NCBI GenBank assembly: GCA_016182485.1
Contig: JACPGH010000002.1
Location: 26,608-90,607, forward strand
Direction of reading: 5' to 3'
Length of the DNA stretch: 64,000 nt
Origin: Candidatus Kaiserbacteria bacterium
GTDB lineage: Bacteria; Patescibacteriota; Minisyncoccia; Phycocordibacterales; Phycocordibacteraceae
Shown here: in pieces, positions 45,646 through 54,456 of the stretch
Numbering within the stretch: position 1 is the first letter of the stretch
Layout: the number at the start of each line of letters is the position of its first letter
Notes under the pieces: model-generated
What the model saw: only the letters and a program-made list of their open reading frames with translations
Database searches by the model: none
Told to the model about the DNA's origin: nothing
Program-made: the position numbers and the translations under genes

Positions 45646-45679
45646 GTACCAAATTCGTCCTATAGGACGAATTTGGTAC
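45646..45679. repeat. Perfect 34-bp palindrome
   Basis: GTACCAAATTCGTCCTATAGGACGAATTTGGTAC. The core GTCCTATAGGAC recurs at 4465-4476, and the arms ACCAAAT/ATTTGGT recur at 4124-4140. Confidence 0.8.
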
Positions 45680-45744
45680 AGATATAAGGATCTATCACTG
45701 TCAAGTTATAGAATTCTTCACTCCCGCGTACCCACACTAGGGGC

Positions 45745-46281
45745 ATGTCGCGGCTCCTAACGCACCAATTCAAACAGCTCTATATTAATGAAGCGGATTC
45801 GGTCTTCCGCTTCTGCTACTACCGGACGTCCGATCGGGAAGTCGCGCAGGATATAGCGCAGGATACGTTTCTGCGGTTTTGGGGCGCGCTTTCCCGCGGA
45901 GGCGGGCGGATACGGAATGAGCGGGCGCTCCTCTTCGCCATCGCGCGCAATAACATAATAGACTGGTACCGCAAGAAGAAGGCTGTGTCGCTCGACGCGC
46001 TCATCGAGGAGTCGGGCGCCGAGGGAGAGCTGTTCTCAGATACGTCTCAAAAAGAGAAGATAGAGATGGACTACGAGGCGCGAAGCCTCATCGGAAAGAT
46101 CCGGGAACTCGATCCGCTCTACCAACGGATCGTCTATTTGCGCTTCGTAGAAGACTTGAGACCGAGAGAGATCGCTACCATATTAGGCCTCTCGGTGAAC
46201 GTCGTCTCTGTGCGCCTATTCCGTGGCCTCCGGCAGCTGCGCAGATTGGCAGGGTACGAGGAAAATGCACCCGGCCTCTAG
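45745..46281 (+). CDS. ECF sigma-70 family sigma factor
   Basis: AQDIAQDTFLRFW, LFAIARNNIIDWYRK and EIATILG...V..RLFRG. Confidence 0.9.
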   Translation: MSRLLTHQFKQLYINEADSVFRFCYYRTSDREVAQDIAQDTFLRFWGALSRGGGRIRNERALLFAIARNNIIDWYRKKKAVSLDALIEESGAEGELFSDTSQKEKIEMDYEARSLIGKIRELDPLYQRIVYLRFVEDLRPREIATILGLSVNVVSVRLFRGLRQLRRLAGYEENAPGL

Positions 46282-46289
46282 AACTGCGT

Positions 46290-46904
46290 TTAGCCGACGA
46301 GCGGCACGAAAGCGAAGCCGGGATGCGTCTCGATTGACAGGCGCTCGCCGGTTTCCTTCGTGACGCTCACGATAGCGTCGCGCACTGGGGCGACCATGCG
46401 TCCTCCGATCGTGAGCTGGGCGATGAGGGCGTTCGGGATGTCTGGGGCCGAGGCCGAAACGAGGATACGGTCGAAAGGAGCTTCGCGGGGCAGGCCGATC
46501 TTATTAGCCGCTTGCCGTATTTCAGCATGAGGAAAATGGAATGCGCGCAGATTGCGCCGTCCGTATTCGACTAGTTCGTGGACGATCTCGACACCCAATA
46601 CGCGGCCCCTCGGCCCGACAATGGTCGCGAGGAGCGCCGTAGTGTATCCGGAACCGGAGCCCACATCCAATACCCGGTCGCCTTTATGCGCGTCCAGGAG
46701 CTCGAGCATAAAGGCGACGACATAGGGCTGCGATATAGTCTGCCCGGCACCTATGGGAAGCGCCGAGTCGGAATAGGCGAGGTCGCGCAGGTGTTCCGGA
46801 ATAAAAAGCTTCCTATCCACTTTCTTGAACGCGGAAATGACGGCCGGGGTCTGTAGAACTCCGATGTGGCGCAAATATTCAACGAGAGCTTTATTCGTTT
46901 TCAT
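46290..46904 (-). CDS. pcm: Protein-L-isoaspartate O-methyltransferase
   Basis: LPIGAGQTISQP, VLDVGSGSGY, APFDRI and FVPL; ATGA overlap with mltG. Confidence 0.93.
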   Translation of the reverse strand: MKTNKALVEYLRHIGVLQTPAVISAFKKVDRKLFIPEHLRDLAYSDSALPIGAGQTISQPYVVAFMLELLDAHKGDRVLDVGSGSGYTTALLATIVGPRGRVLGVEIVHELVEYGRRNLRAFHFPHAEIRQAANKIGLPREAPFDRILVSASAPDIPNALIAQLTIGGRMVAPVRDAIVSVTKETGERLSIETHPGFAFVPLVG

Positions 46905-47917
46905 TTCCCGCGGCCGAAGTATTGCTTCAGGAGCGCGACGTGGCCCGCATACGTTTCCGAACAATGGAAGCGCCCGGAATCGTCATGGAAGTAGAAGATG
47001 CACGAAGTCTCCTTCGGATTGAGCGCGGCGAGAATGGCGGCCACCGAAGGGCTCGCGATAGGGGTGGGAGGCAAGCCCGGATTTAGATACGTATTGTAGG
47101 GGGATTTACGGAATTGATCTCCCGGCGCGACTGCCGGCCACCAGCTCCTCGTCGTTGCCTTGGTCGCCTTCACGTATTGCAGAGTAGCGTCGATCTGGAG
47201 ATTCATGTTGATGAACAGCCGGTTCCAGATGATGCCCGATATGAGCCGCATGTCGCCATCGCCGCCCGCTTCGCGCTGAATAAGCGAGGCCACGGTGAGC
47301 GCCTGCTCGAGCGGCACCATGCTCGCCGTCGTCGTACCATACCGGGAGAGCACTTTCTCCGTAAAGCGGGCGTTGATCAGAGCTTGGGCGGTCGCCGGCG
47401 TTGAGTCTACGGGCATGGAGTACGCCCCTGCCGCGAAGGAGCCTTCCGCCAATGGGAGCCCGGCGCCAGGCAGAGCTGTCAGGAATGCCTTCTTCTCTTC
47501 GGAATCCCATTTCAGCGCCTTTCCAAACGCGTTCGCCACCTGCTCTTTGCGCATACCGGGCCTAATTAGAACGAGGCGCTCTCCGGTACCCGCGCTGGCG
47601 AGCATTTCGTACCACGGCGTCGCCGAGATATAGACAGCGAGCCATGCGAGGGCTGCACTCGCGAAGTCTCCGGCACTCGCGACCGCTGCCGAGAGAGGGG
47701 AAGCACTGCTTTCTAGAAATTCGTTCACCTCGGTGTTTTCGACTATCTTCTTCTCCTTCGGATTAACCGTGACGGGGAACTCGTCAAATGGCACAGATGA
47801 TTTTTGCTCGCTTTCAAGTGTAAACGCGAATAAAGCGGGAATAGAAATGATGACGGCACTTATAAGCACCACGGCTCCTCCCGCGATGAGGAGCTGTTTT
47901 ATGAATCTGTCGGACAT
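46901..47917 (-). CDS. mltG: Endolytic transglycosylase MltG (YceG family)
   Basis: ASLIQREA, NRL, LQIDAT and SPYNTY..PGLPPTPI motifs. Confidence 0.88.
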   Translation of the reverse strand: MSDRFIKQLLIAGGAVVLISAVIISIPALFAFTLESEQKSSVPFDEFPVTVNPKEKKIVENTEVNEFLESSASPLSAAVASAGDFASAALAWLAVYISATPWYEMLASAGTGERLVLIRPGMRKEQVANAFGKALKWDSEEKKAFLTALPGAGLPLAEGSFAAGAYSMPVDSTPATAQALINARFTEKVLSRYGTTTASMVPLEQALTVASLIQREAGGDGDMRLISGIIWNRLFINMNLQIDATLQYVKATKATTRSWWPAVAPGDQFRKSPYNTYLNPGLPPTPIASPSVAAILAALNPKETSCIFYFHDDSGRFHCSETYAGHVALLKQYFGRGK

Positions 47918-47932
47918 AAAAAATATTGTACA

Positions 47933-48286
47933 TCACGGCTGGGCAAGATAGGTAATGCGCGAGACGACGACGTGCTCGCGTTCGAGCCGGCCGACGACGG
48001 AGACGCGGCCGGCGGTCCAGTTCGAAAAATCGTGCGGCGGCAATTCTACGAAGGTCAGCGCTTTCGCATTAAGCCCGCCGCGCGCATCAGTATAGAAGAT
48101 GTAGGGCACAGGCCCGACGTTGTTCGGATAAAAAACAAGCGTGCCCGTTTCTTCAAATATCGGCAGAACGATTTCCTCCGACTTTTCCTCAGGAAAAGCT
48201 AACCGTTCCCGCCGCTCTTCAAAGAATATGAAGAGCGCATACATAACTACGAAAACGATGATAATTCCCCCGATCGCCCGCACCAT
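47933..48286 (-). CDS. Hypothetical membrane-anchored protein
   Basis: N-terminal TM; co-oriented within the gene run. Confidence 0.65.
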   Translation of the reverse strand: MVRAIGGIIIVFVVMYALFIFFEERRERLAFPEEKSEEIVLPIFEETGTLVFYPNNVGPVPYIFYTDARGGLNAKALTFVELPPHDFSNWTAGRVSVVGRLEREHVVVSRITYLAQP

Positions 48287-48317
48287 CGGGAGGAAGATAC
48301 CTTACGAGATATTAACT

Positions 48318-48947
48318 TTAGCTGACGAGTTCGGTCATAACGACGAGGCGTTCGTCGTACGTGAACCCTATCGAGTCGTCGCGGATACCTTTGCCTGCGC
48401 AGGTGATGAGGGAGATGCGCGGCGCGTCGTCACTCGTCTCTCCGAGGACTGATTGCGGCACCGCCTGATAGGGATACGTTTGCTTGCTGACCACCCGGAA
48501 CGTCCGCTTCTCGCCGTCTTTGGTCGTTGCGATTACCAAGTCGCCGATCTGGATGTCGCTCAGATGCTTAAAGACTCCAGGCAGGCCGAGCCCGTTGTCG
48601 TAGTGGCCGTACATTACCGCCGTGCCCGGCTCTCCCGGCACCGTCCCGTATTTGAACCAGCCGGCGTCCGCGAAGCCCGCCGGAGCCTGCATGCGGTTCC
48701 CGGCCACGAGACCCAAGTGCTGGACGGCCGCGTCGATATTCAACGAGGGGATCGCCAGGCGTGCGGGATATTCGCCGGGCAGGGGAGCGGGTATAGAAGA
48801 AGGGGTAGTCGTTGGCGGGACTATCACTTCCGCCTCCGGGCTATACGCCACCGTTCTTAAGATGGTTGAAACAAATACGAGCGCTCCAACGAGCATTCCG
48901 CCGACTGCCAGCCAAACAGGCGATCTATGTCGCATTATGCCAACCAT
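48318..48947 (-). CDS. Class F sortase
   Basis: PARLAIPSL, GW...PG-PG-AVMYGH and LITC...R catalytic motifs. Confidence 0.9.
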   Translation of the reverse strand: MVGIMRHRSPVWLAVGGMLVGALVFVSTILRTVAYSPEAEVIVPPTTTPSSIPAPLPGEYPARLAIPSLNIDAAVQHLGLVAGNRMQAPAGFADAGWFKYGTVPGEPGTAVMYGHYDNGLGLPGVFKHLSDIQIGDLVIATTKDGEKRTFRVVSKQTYPYQAVPQSVLGETSDDAPRISLITCAGKGIRDDSIGFTYDERLVVMTELVS

Positions 48948-48968
48948 ACACCCACTAGACGGTGGCGG

Positions 48969-49184
48969 CTATTTGCTTTTGGCGAGGGCGCGGCGCATGT
49001 AGACTGCGCTCCCCGCGAAGAGGGCGATAGACCCGGCGAGGAGCAAGAGATTGAGGTCAGCTGCCGCACCGGCTCCCGTAGCAGGAGGCGTCGTTGTCGC
49101 CTGCGCATGCGCCAGAGAAGCTCCGTATAGCGCGAGCGGCAGCGACGAAAGTCCGACCGTTCCGATCCGAATAATATTCCTCAT
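48969..49184 (-). CDS. Tiny sortase substrate candidate (signal peptide + PPATG + TM + basic tail)
   Basis: MRNIIRIG...LAHA|QATTTPPATGAG...LLLLAGSIALFAGSAVYMRRALAKSK, directly upstream of the sortase. Confidence 0.7.
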   Translation of the reverse strand: MRNIIRIGTVGLSSLPLALYGASLAHAQATTTPPATGAGAAADLNLLLLAGSIALFAGSAVYMRRALAKSK

Positions 49185-49312
49185 GGAAGTTGAATTACTG
49201 AATAAAATGCGCATTCAGCGCATGGCCATAATTTCAGAATATCCGTGAAGTCTGAGTGAAAAGAAGCGCCGCGGCCAATGGCCGCGGCGTGAACTCCTGC
49301 TCCCTTCTGCGG

Positions 49313-49528
49313 TCACCACGCGTCCGCGCTGGCGCACGCGTCCGAACAGTAGATCGCTACTTGGGTGGGCGGAATGGGGTTGCCGCACGCCTGTCTCGCG
49401 CATTTGCGTCCCTGCGGATGGCCGTGGGGCAGCCACCCCTTGTTGCCACAGGTGACGCATCCCAGGCCGCCGCACTTCCCGCACTGCGCCGCATCAGGCG
49501 GGTACATCTTGTCCCTCGGTATGTCCAC
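49313..49528 (-). CDS. Small Cys-rich (zinc-finger-like) protein
   Basis: CGKCGGLGCVTCGNKG and CARQAC...YCSDAC; SD AAGGAGG before GTG; downstream hairpin at about 49266-49290. Confidence 0.7.
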   Translation of the reverse strand: MDIPRDKMYPPDAAQCGKCGGLGCVTCGNKGWLPHGHPQGRKCARQACGNPIPPTQVAIYCSDACASADAW

Positions 49529-49613
49529 TCGCGCCTCCTTGGCGATTGTCTAATTCACATTTAACCTATAACGCGCCGAAAGTCAATGTCCTGAATTCAT
49601 GCCACTATAAAAC

Positions 49614-49972
49614 AAAAAAACCACCTACACAGGGTAAGTGGTTTGCATTCCGCGCGAGGCGGAGAAAGAACGGTTGGGGAGCGGGGCGGCCCGACTAGGC
49701 GGGCCGCCCCCGACCTCCGGAGGAAGTTGAGCGCGCTAAGGCGCTTGCCCCGTTGTCATGCGGGGCTTGGGCGGTTACTCTCTCGGCCGTACGGCGGCGA
49801 TCGTTGATCACCATACGTCGTATCAACGCCGTACGGCAACTGCCTAGCCCGGCGGACTCTCCATGGAGGTTTAATCCTTCACATGCGAGTACGCAAAGTT
49901 CGGGTGCGCCCGGCACGCGACATGTCTGGTCGCTTGGCCGCACTCGGGGTGGTTTGCCACCCTTATGATCTG
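49614..49972 (-). ncRNA. Candidate structured non-coding RNA (about 360 nt) of unknown family
   Basis: Promoter TTGACA(50006-50001)-17-TAATAT(49983-49978); about ten consecutive hairpins; terminator stem + U7 at 49644-49614; no credible ORF inside the transcript. Confidence 0.6.
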
Positions 49973-50024
49973 TGGCGATATTATAAGATACCTCTTGGGC
50001 TGTCAAGGAAATGTCCACAACCGT

Positions 50025-50522
50025 CTAGGGTTGGAACAGTTCCTCGGGAAGGAAGCGGACGGACTGGACAGCGGGGAATTGTCTGGCTGTGGCTTCTATC
50101 TGGTGCCAAAGGATCGCGACGCGGCAGGAACCGCCGCCGGTTTTGTTTTGCGGATCGTCAAACGTGAGAGTCGCGACGCCGTCGGCTATAGCGGCGCTCT
50201 TGAGCGCGACGCCGGCGAGCGGAAACTCGGATGTTATTCCGCGCGCTTTTTCTGCGGGAGAGAGCTCGCCCCGTAGGAGAAGCCGGATTGTGTCCGCTAG
50301 CGGCGTCGCTGTCTTCGGCATGACGCGCCCCACGGCAACGAGTCCGTTCTTGGAGCATTGCGCGCCGCCCGGTCCTTGGTCGAGCGCGGGATTGTAATAA
50401 TAGAGCTTGACGGAGATTCCTTCTGCGCTCGGAACAGGCTCTTCCGGATTTTTCGGCCACAGGAGCCAGCCGAGAAGCACGAGAAGAAGTATTCCCGCGA
50501 TAACAAGCATCGTTTTTTGCAT
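50025..50522 (-). CDS. GerMN domain membrane-anchored protein
   Basis: 'LLLRG...GITSEFP...GVATLTF...GGSCRV...QIEATARQFPAVQSVRF'. Confidence 0.8.
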   Translation of the reverse strand: MQKTMLVIAGILLLVLLGWLLWPKNPEEPVPSAEGISVKLYYYNPALDQGPGGAQCSKNGLVAVGRVMPKTATPLADTIRLLLRGELSPAEKARGITSEFPLAGVALKSAAIADGVATLTFDDPQNKTGGGSCRVAILWHQIEATARQFPAVQSVRFLPEELFQP

Positions 50523-50567
50523 AGGTGTAGTGTAACTCTCTCTGCATGCGGGGAGTACTATATGAAT

Positions 50568-50876
50568 ATGAACAAAGACATAATCGGATACGCTGCGCTC
50601 CACGGGGGCGCTGTCGCTTTGTATATTTCGGGCATCGCTTTCTTTATAAACAATGCGGACCGATGGTTTGGAAGGCTGGAGGATACTCCGGCGGCGCCGG
50701 TACTCATGCTTACTCTTTTCGTACTTTCTGCCGCCATCACCGGCTCGCTAGTCCTCGGCCGGCCTCTGATCTGGTTCCTAGATGGCAAGAGGAGGGAAGC
50801 TGTCGCGCTTTTCATCTCGACGCTCGCCGTTCTGCTTTTATTCGGCGCGGGGCTCGCAGCGCTCGTTCTCAGATGA
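50568..50876 (+). CDS. Hypothetical membrane protein (3 TM)
   Basis: 'MLTLFVLSAAITGSLVLGRP'; TACTAT 6 nt before ATG. Confidence 0.7.
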   Translation: MNKDIIGYAALHGGAVALYISGIAFFINNADRWFGRLEDTPAAPVLMLTLFVLSAAITGSLVLGRPLIWFLDGKRREAVALFISTLAVLLLFGAGLAALVLR

Positions 50877-50884
50877 AATTAAAA

Positions 50885-50920
50885 GGCCGCCCGAGAGGCC
50901 GGGCGGCCTCTCGGGCGGCC
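50885..50920 (-). terminator. Terminator hairpin shared with 59017-59049
   Basis: GGCCGCCCGAGAGGCCG-GG-CGGCCTCTCGGGCGGCC followed by TTTT on the minus strand. Confidence 0.75.
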
Positions 50921-51219
50921 TAGTTCAAGGAGGCCATGTACCGCAATCGCTCGGCGGTTGCATCGGCCGCCTTGGAAGCAGCCTCGTCCTTCACGACGAT
51001 GACCAGCCGGCCGCGCGCTTCCTGGATCTGTTCATAGACCCGGAGCGCGTCCTCGATGACCTCTCCAGCTGGCCGACCCGTGAGTCGGCAGAGCTTCTCG
51101 GTCCGGTTCTCGATCCGGTTCCGCCGCCGCTTTTCTTCTCGCCGCTGGAGGTGTGCCTCGATCAAAAAAATTGCCCCTGTAGCGGCTGCGATGCAGGCTG
51201 TAGACAGGACCCAACTCAT
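50920..51219 (-). CDS. Hypothetical protein: N-terminal hydrophobic segment + CopG/RHH-like helices
   Basis: 'EKLCRLTGRPAGEVIEDALRVYE...GRLVIV'; SD AAGGAG; promoter TTGACC-17-TACCTT (51288-51260). Confidence 0.6.
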   Translation of the reverse strand: MSWVLSTACIAAATGAIFLIEAHLQRREEKRRRNRIENRTEKLCRLTGRPAGEVIEDALRVYEQIQEARGRLVIVVKDEAASKAADATAERLRYMASLN

Positions 51220-51349
51220 GTTGTCTCCTTCCTGGTCGCGATTCGTGCAGTCTATGTTTAAGGTAGCTTCTATACAGAAAGCGGTCAAATCATTACCGGC
51301 GACTGGCACATTCACCTTTTTTTAAGGGGAAGGGGAGTACGGTCAGGGC

Positions 51350-52192
51350 ATGTCTATCGTGCAAAGGGGACAGGTACGAGGGCTTATGATAGGGGCGCTC
51401 GTCGGCGTCGTACTCGGAGCCGGCGTGCCGCTCCTCTTGAGCCCTATAGCCGCGGCCCAGACTGTCCCCACGGGCGCATTACAGGCGGCTGATGCCGAGT
51501 TTGTTTCTATGGTGGAAACTGCCTCGAGCGCGGTGGTGAGTATTACCATCTCGGCACCTTCTGAGCCAAGATCGGCGAATCCTTTCTGTGACGACCCGAT
51601 CTTTCGGCAGTTTTTCGGCGATGAATGCCTTGCGCCCGGTACCGGTTTCCCTACGGTAGAGACGGTCGGCGCGGGAACCGGATTTTTCGTCTCTTCTGAT
51701 GGCGTCATCTTAACTAACTATCATTTAGTGAATGTGCCTGGCGCGACATACACGGTGATGCTGAACGATGGCCGGCAATTCACGGCCGAGGTTCTGCGCA
51801 CTGATCCGGCGCAGGATGTGGCCGTGCTAAATATCGAGGCAAGCGGCGTGCCGTTCCTCGCCCTCGGCGATTCCGATTCGATCCAGATCGGGCAAATGGC
51901 CGTCGCGATCGGGAACGCCTTCGGCCAGTTCTCGAATACGGTCTCGCGAGGCATCGTATCCGGCATCGGGCGCTCGGTGGTGGCGAGCGCCCGGGGCGGC
52001 GGGGCTGAAGAACTCTCGGAGGTTATCCAAACCGATGCGGCGATCAATCCGGGCAATTCGGGCGGCCCGCTCATCAACAGCGCGGGGCAGGTCATCGGCA
52101 TCAATACGGCGACGATAATCGGGGCGCAGAGTATCGGCTTCGCTATTCCTATCAACGCCGCGAAGACGGACATCGATCTCTTTTTAGATTGA
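51350..52192 (+). CDS. HtrA/DegP-type trypsin-like serine protease without PDZ
   Basis: GTGF, LTNYH, DVAVL and QTDAAINPGNSGGPL motifs. Confidence 0.92.
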   Translation: MSIVQRGQVRGLMIGALVGVVLGAGVPLLLSPIAAAQTVPTGALQAADAEFVSMVETASSAVVSITISAPSEPRSANPFCDDPIFRQFFGDECLAPGTGFPTVETVGAGTGFFVSSDGVILTNYHLVNVPGATYTVMLNDGRQFTAEVLRTDPAQDVAVLNIEASGVPFLALGDSDSIQIGQMAVAIGNAFGQFSNTVSRGIVSGIGRSVVASARGGGAEELSEVIQTDAAINPGNSGGPLINSAGQVIGINTATIIGAQSIGFAIPINAAKTDIDLFLD

Positions 52193-52269
52193 GCAGAATA
52201 GAGTGCGGCCCTCGCAATGTGAAGGGCTCCGCGATTGGTCGCGGAGCCCTGGCCCGTCTCTCGGGCGAA

Positions 52270-53253
52270 CTATCTTCCCGTGCTGTCATACATGCGGATC
52301 TTATTTTCCACAGTTTTCCGGCAGAAGCCGGAAATTCTCGCCGCCGCCGCTACGTTCCCGCGGACCCTATCGACGAGCGCCATTATGTACTTCTTTTCCA
52401 TCTCCTTGAAGGTGGGAAAGGAATTCTCGCTCTCGCCGAAGGCAGTCGTATCGATGCTGCTGTCCCGGCCCGAAAAGCAGATATGCTCGGCGCTGATCTG
52501 CTCCTCCTTCCCGGCCATGAACACGGCCCGCGAGACCGTGTTCTTGAGCTCGCGGACGTTGCCCGGCCAGGTGTGGGCGGACAGCAGGGACAAAGCTCCA
52601 TCCGAAAACCCCTTTGGCGAGGCATTCTCCTGCCAGAGGAAGTGCAATGCCAGAGGGACGGCGTCTGCCTTGCGTTCCCGCAGGGGCGGGAGCGTGAAGG
52701 TAACGACGTCCAGCCGATAGTAGAGATCCTCCCGGAACTCGCGCCGGTGCACCAGCGACTCCAGGTCGGCGTTGGTAGCGGCGATGATCCGGGTGTTGAC
52801 GGGAATCTCCTGCGCACCGCCGACGGAACGGAAGCTCTTTTTGTCGAGCAGTCGAAGGAACTTCGCCTGCATGTGAAGCGACATGTTCGCAATCTCGTTC
52901 AGGAAGAGCGTACCTCCCTCGGCTTGCCGGACCAGACCCAGCCTATCCCTAACCGCGCCCGTGAAGGCACCCTTCACGTTACCGAAGAGCTCCGACTCCG
53001 CTAGCTCTTCAGGCAGTCCCCCGCAGTCCACTAGTACGAACGGTCGCCGTTCTCCCGAATGGGCGTGAATCAGCTCGGCTAGGTGATCCTTGCCGGTTCC
53101 CGTCTCTCCACGGAGGAGGACGGAGTGTCCGGACACGGCGGCCCTTTCTGCGAACTCCCGCATCACAGCCGCCTCTTTGCTGACGCCCACCAGAGCGGCA
53201 GCGGGCTGTAAGGTGGCAAACGCCTGCTTCAGCTCGTTTAGGACCAGGCTCAT
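52270..53253 (-). CDS. Sigma-54 interaction domain AAA+ protein (bEBP) with Fis-type HTH and no sensory domain
   Basis: GETGTGKD, ESELFG, GAFTGA, FREDLYYRL and WPGNVREL; Walker B reads LFLNEI. Confidence 0.88.
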   Translation of the reverse strand: MSLVLNELKQAFATLQPAAALVGVSKEAAVMREFAERAAVSGHSVLLRGETGTGKDHLAELIHAHSGERRPFVLVDCGGLPEELAESELFGNVKGAFTGAVRDRLGLVRQAEGGTLFLNEIANMSLHMQAKFLRLLDKKSFRSVGGAQEIPVNTRIIAATNADLESLVHRREFREDLYYRLDVVTFTLPPLRERKADAVPLALHFLWQENASPKGFSDGALSLLSAHTWPGNVRELKNTVSRAVFMAGKEEQISAEHICFSGRDSSIDTTAFGESENSFPTFKEMEKKYIMALVDRVRGNVAAAARISGFCRKTVENKIRMYDSTGR

Positions 53254-53366
53254 GATCCGCCCCCTTTCGGAATGGTGTCAATGTATAGATCTGTCTCGGC
53301 TCAGATTACGTCAAATTATCTTAAAAGCAACCTCCCGCTCGCCTCGACGAGGCACAGAGTAGCCGC

Positions 53367-53432
53367 TGTGAAGGTCAGACCTTCACAAGCTATGATATCT
53401 CAAAGTCATACTGTGAAGGTCAGACCTTCACA
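53367..53432. repeat. Doublet of the 21-bp palindrome, 24-nt spacer
   Basis: Copies at 53367-53387 and 53412-53432; spacer AGCTATGATATCTCAAAGTCATAC. Confidence 0.95.
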
Positions 53433-53521
53433 GCCCCGGCTTCGTCGTTGTTAACAGTGATTTTTTGCGGGCGGAGCAGGGAGGAGATACCATTACGATA
53501 GGTAAATAATCATCACTCATT

Positions 53522-54436
53522 ATGAAAAATAGGCTCTCAGTTCCCGTATTCATCGTCGCTGTGCTATTAGCAAGTGCGGCGCCGGCCTTGGCACAGACGG
53601 AAAGTGTCCCTCAGCCGAATACTGTGCGCCCAGCTTCAGACACGCAGAAGGTCCGGGAGCTACGGCAGAACGTAAAGACAGAGGCGCAAACCATCCGACA
53701 GGATGCGAGAACGGAACTGAATACGGTCCGTCAGAATGCCGTACAGAAGGCGCAAGAAATACAGACACAGGTGAAAATTTTCCGAGCCTCGGAAGTGGAA
53801 GCGTTCAGGGCGAAACGGGAGGAGGCGCAGACGAAGATCCAGCAGGTCCGGTCTGACGCCAAGGCCAGACTCGAGACGGCGCGGACGGAGGTCAAGACAA
53901 AGATCGAAGCGGAGCGGACGGAGCTGAAAGCGAAGCTGGAAAAGATACGGGACGAGCGCAAGAAGCAGGCGGTCGAGAAGATCGATAACCAAATAACCGC
54001 ATTGAGCGAACGCATGTCCAAGCACTATGTCGTGCTTCTCGACAAGCTCGACGGCGTGCTCGAGAGGATCGAGGCGCGCATGACCAAGGCAGAGGCCAAT
54101 GGCCGCGATGTCGCGCCCGTGAAAGAGGCCATCGCCGCCGCGAAGACCGCCATCGCTTCCGCGCGTTCGGCGGCGACGGTTCAGACAGGGAAGACCTATG
54201 CCCTCGCGATCAGCACTGAAGCGAATTTGCGTCCGGACGTAGGCAGGGCGCGAGACGCCTTGCGCACCGATCTCGAGGCATTGAAGAAGGCCGTGTTCGC
54301 CGCCCGGGATGCCGTGCATTCGGCCGCGACGAAGTTGGGGCAGATCCAGGGAGTCGACAAATTGGAGGTATCAACTGCGCCGGCCTCGACCACGACTCCC
54401 GCGACCGCCAGCTCGACTTCTGACGGGACCAATTAG
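53522..54436 (+). CDS. Secreted coiled-coil protein
   Basis: Signal peptide (ALA|Q) followed by long E/K/R/A-rich helices. Confidence 0.8.
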   Translation: MKNRLSVPVFIVAVLLASAAPALAQTESVPQPNTVRPASDTQKVRELRQNVKTEAQTIRQDARTELNTVRQNAVQKAQEIQTQVKIFRASEVEAFRAKREEAQTKIQQVRSDAKARLETARTEVKTKIEAERTELKAKLEKIRDERKKQAVEKIDNQITALSERMSKHYVVLLDKLDGVLERIEARMTKAEANGRDVAPVKEAIAAAKTAIASARSAATVQTGKTYALAISTEANLRPDVGRARDALRTDLEALKKAVFAARDAVHSAATKLGQIQGVDKLEVSTAPASTTTPATASSTSDGTN

Positions 54437-54456
54437 GAAAGATAATCTCTATCGCT

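Noticed and set aside
49614-49972. RNase P RNA, tmRNA or tRNA identity for the structured region
   Set aside because: No GAGGAAAGTCC or 3' P4 motif, and no tRNA-like ends or T-loop seen by eye. A covariance-model search is still needed.
49695-50018. 107-aa minus-strand ORF over the ncRNA candidate
   Set aside because: Starts upstream of the promoter, has no SD, low-quality composition, and runs through dense hairpins.
52189-53004. 271-aa plus-strand ORF
   Set aside because: Antisense shadow of the sigma-54 activator gene.
11365-53432. Palindrome doublets as CRISPR mini-arrays
   Set aside because: Only two repeats per locus, fully palindromic 21-mers, spacers related to each other (one duplicated), and no cas genes in the window. 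A REP/REPIN-like reading fits better.
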